From assembly GCA_002633005.1 (NCBI GenBank), contig NMRA01000117.1:567653-631652 (forward strand): a stretch of 64,000 nt of DNA, read 5' to 3'. Position 1 is the first letter of the stretch, and each line of letters opens with the position of its first letter. The stretch is from Phoronis australis. Lineage: Eukaryota; Animalia; Phoronida. The notes below the pieces were generated by a model. The model did no database searches, was not told where the DNA came from, and saw only the letters and a program-made list of their open reading frames with translations. Both the position numbers and the translations under genes were made by a program. This document shows, in pieces, positions 61,501 through 64,000 of this stretch.

Positions 61501-62592
61501 GGCACCACTTAACAATGCCAAGTGAATAATAACAGTTAAAATTGGACAGTTTTTACAGCGTAAAAACATGGCTGCGAAGCCGTGAAATGTGTTTGAGCCT
61601 ATAACTTTGGTAGAATGTAATATTTTGGGGAAATATTTTACCACTGTTTATAGATCCCACAGGGCTACCTATGTGTCAAATTTGGTGAAAATTGGCTGAC
61701 CCCCACCTTGCCGATGGATGGCTGGTGCTTTTGTGGACAAGCACTTAACATAACAATGTGTTCTGTCAATGAACTATTAACTATAGAGGCAATTTGACAA
61801 CACTTACATAGCAATGAGAAAAGGTTAGACACATCCACTGAGTGTGTGGGGATACATTATTAAGAATCTGGCACTTACCTTATTCTAATGAACTGTTTGG
61901 GAACAAACATTTACTATATAAGGTGTCATTTTATAACTTTGGGTTTCACTCCTAATAATTACAAGGCTAAAATATAGCACAATCAGTTCAGCTCTGGGCC
62001 CACTCATTTTGAAACCTGTTTAAGGAAAAAGGCTCAGTCTTAATCAATTTCAGATTGCACCAGGTGCCTCAGGGGAAAAATTCTAGTAACTTCAGGTTAA
62101 GCTAGTCAAAATTAAAGTTCCCAGCCCATTTCAGATGGCATCAGGTGATTTTTCTTTTTGCAAATACAGAAAACTACAAAAATACCAAATGAATTTAAAA
62201 AAACAGAACCAAATAAGCTATTTGCTTAGCCTAACAACTAACCTTTCAGTAAGCACGATTATTTTGTCCAGGATTCAAAACATATGGTGTGCCAAAGCAA
62301 TACAGTGCAACAGTGAAGTTAGCTAACCTTTCAGTAAGCATGATTTTGTCCAGAACTCAAAACATATGGTGTGTCAAAGCAATATAGTGCAACAGTGAAG
62401 TTAGCATTTAACATAGCTAACTTGCTCGCTATGACTAACTAATAGTACATGTACTTACAAAAACAAGAATGTGATGGCAGTCACAATAATGGCAGGGTGT
62501 TGAGGTTTGTCCCAGTGAAGGACCTTGTTGAGAGGCAGTAGAACCTCCCTCCAACCCTCAAGATCTCTCTTCAGCTGCTTCAGATCTTTACT
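55554..62592 (-). CDS. ARL6IP1: ARL6-interacting protein 1 (ER-shaping protein), exons 2-6; first exon not located
   Basis: Exons (-): 62592-62459, 59397-59278, 57974-57857, 56360-56276, 55672-55554. Protein: LKRDLEGWREVLLPLNKVLHWDKPQHPAII...IWYFEPSVLTTFSLLGMLLCLADYLVP...WTAIQERQYEQIC...AWIGSLIDNLLLTYLV...PGLRHHGIMQKY...KQKKT, ending in a dilysine ER-retrieval signal. Confidence 0.92.
55945..56130 (+). mobile_element. Penelope-like element 3' end fragment
   Basis: Translation RRIRESISAKKSGSIMNRDDEGYKLSKVWNSLI resembles the post-GIY-YIG C-terminus (E.I.I.....NRD.G..L...W). A decayed hammerhead-like aagatggct...agccgaaaatgtc follows at ~56081-56111. Confidence 0.65.
59201..59299 (-). repeat. 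51-bp tandem duplication of the ARL6IP1 exon end plus intact donor
   Basis: ctgagaacattgcactatttacataccag.tatctgtactgaa.agtt occurs twice. Both copies keep tg|gtatgt (donors at 59277 and 59226). Confidence 0.9.
60633..61470. mobile_element. Penelope-like retroelement (GIY-YIG endonuclease region) with an inverted 5' part
   Basis: Minus strand ~61075-60636 reads ...LKKNRYP...KIPYAG...VVYKFICAGCGSSYIGETVRHLKTRT. Plus strand from 61080 continues HLKTRTKEHLNSDRNSHVY..HLQ...FAIIDQA...LHISWCKPNLNRQL. Confidence 0.88.
61395..61440 (+). ncRNA. Minimal type I hammerhead ribozyme of the Penelope-like element
   Basis: ACUU-CUGAGGA-u-GGUGUU-gaacaaau-GACACC-GAAAC-AU-GUC/AAGU. Stem I ACUU:AAGU, core CUGANGA and GAAA, 6-bp stem II, palindromic short stem III (ACAUGU), GUC cleavage triplet ending at 61436. 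Confidence 0.8.
62239..62405. repeat. ~85-bp tandem duplication
   Basis: taacctttcagtaagca.gatt..tgtccag.a.tcaaaacatatggtgtg.caaagcaata.agtgcaacagtgaagttagc occurs twice. Confidence 0.85.
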
Positions 62593-64000
62593 CTGTCAAA
62601 GTCAAAGTAATCTTGAACAAGCATTTTTCACCAAGCACACCTGTATACCAAAATTTGTTCTTGTCAGTAGCAGGTAGGATTCTGCCAGAAGTTTCAGAGT
62701 TTTTGTCAGCAGTCACAACAACATTAGATTTAGGAAAAATTCACTCATGTTGTTGGGGAGACGGAATTCATATTTTGGAAGAAATAACTTTACAAATCTC
62801 CATAAGGAGCGTTGATTTAAACATTTTAGAAAAAACAAAACCACAAGATCTTAAATATGCTTTTATTTGTATCGACTCACTTTTCAGCACATCTGAGAAA
62901 AGTGTGAAAAAAGGAACAAATAATAAAACAATGACTACTTGGCTCACATTTTCTCACAGAATTCTCAAAATGTCTCAAAATTTCAGGCAAGCAAGTTTTG
63001 TTACAGAATGTCACAAAGAATCCCATCTCGGGACTTTAAGACACCAAAATTACCAGGGATGCCAAATTGCGAAGAATTTACACAGAAAAAGCAACATGTT
63101 TCTCGCCTAGAGTGGAGTGTGAATATACAAACTGTTGGCAGGAATGAAAAAGAATTTGATATTGTTACACACGTGATTCTGAACTGTTTTCTCACAGTGG
63201 AGTGGTAGACCGATCAACTGTTAAAACGGAGTATATCGAAGATGACCGGACATCCATTTCCAGCTCATTTTCTCAAACAAAACAAATCTATTTAGGGCCG
63301 ATTGCTTGCCCGTTTTTTGCACGTTACGTGATGCTCTGAAAAAATTTCACTGCAAAACCATGGAGGCCGAGAATGCAGATGGCATTTTTTCACTCAGGGT
63401 GCATACTTTTGTTTCAGAAATGGCATTTAATGAAGTTTGCATTTTAGCCTCAATACTTCTTTTATTAGAATCAACATGGTATATAGAATATCAGGTAAAA
63501 TTTTTGAAGTATACTCATTTAGTTTTTGAGATTTGGACTGTTGAAATAACAAAAGTGTGGGTTATGGAGAATACATCATTGGTATTGTCACATCCATTTT
63601 GGAAAAAAAATTAAATCTGGCTTGGGAACAAGAAAGTTTATTACTGGTAACTCATGTACTAAATCACTGAACATCAATATAAAAAACTAGATTCACCAGA
63701 AGCTGATTTAAGGGGGGCCAAGGGGGCCATGCCCCCCCTCCCCCCTAAACTTCTCCCAGATTCTATTTGGCAGTTCGGAGGTGCGAATGTCTGGCGGGTA
63801 CATTCCTGGCAAATACTCTGCCCTGGCCCCTTTGCCCAACTCAAAATCCTGGATTCTCCGCACCTGTTCACACCTGAGTATGCTTCACAAGGTGTGAGTA
63901 TACAAATAAAATGTAGCGATTGTACTTAATCCTTAGACATACTCAGGACTTAACTATCATCAGAGTCACATCACTGTCAAAAGCAAAGCATAATTCTATT

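Noticed and set aside
60231-61720. Inverted ~35-bp match (ggctgacccc..accttgccg) flanking the PLE as possible TIRs
   Set aside because: The match is short, has no TSD and lies far from the PLE ends; more likely two dispersed repeat fragments.
62613-63929. ORFs of 65-165 aa and candidate ARL6IP1 first exon
   Set aside because: No recognisable domains, and no ATG-plus-donor in the right phase could be identified; exon 1 is probably outside the window.

Overview
This is eukaryotic (animal) genomic DNA with many introns, probably from a marine invertebrate such as a lophotrochozoan (taxon is inference). There is one assembly gap at 11880-12459. I spliced five protein-coding genes by hand. (1) A 6-exon SDR16C-type short-chain dehydrogenase (+, 5912-13752, 299 aa). 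(2) A 19-exon type II membrane M1 aminopeptidase, glutamyl-aminopeptidase-like (-, 33690-16034, 946 aa), with one GC-AG intron. (3) FKBP11 (-, 40714-34365, 181 aa). (4) A 12-exon flavin monoamine-oxidase-family gene head-to-head with FKBP11 (+, 41073-52248, 537 aa). (5) The 3' five exons of ARL6IP1 (-, 62592-55554). Bases 1-4650 are a complex satellite-like array that switches orientation. The introns hold many mobile elements. These include a complete TRIM whose LTRs carry a tRNA-like Pol III promoter (Helenus/TRIMp3-like), a related solo LTR, a THAP-carrying TIR transposon and a TIR element with a Polinton-like gene relic. There are also Penelope-like fragments, one with an intact minimal hammerhead ribozyme, and a tRNA-head element with a hammerhead-like tail. 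The most unusual pattern is five separate tandem duplications that each straddle a splice site, including five decoy acceptors in front of FKBP11 exon 4.
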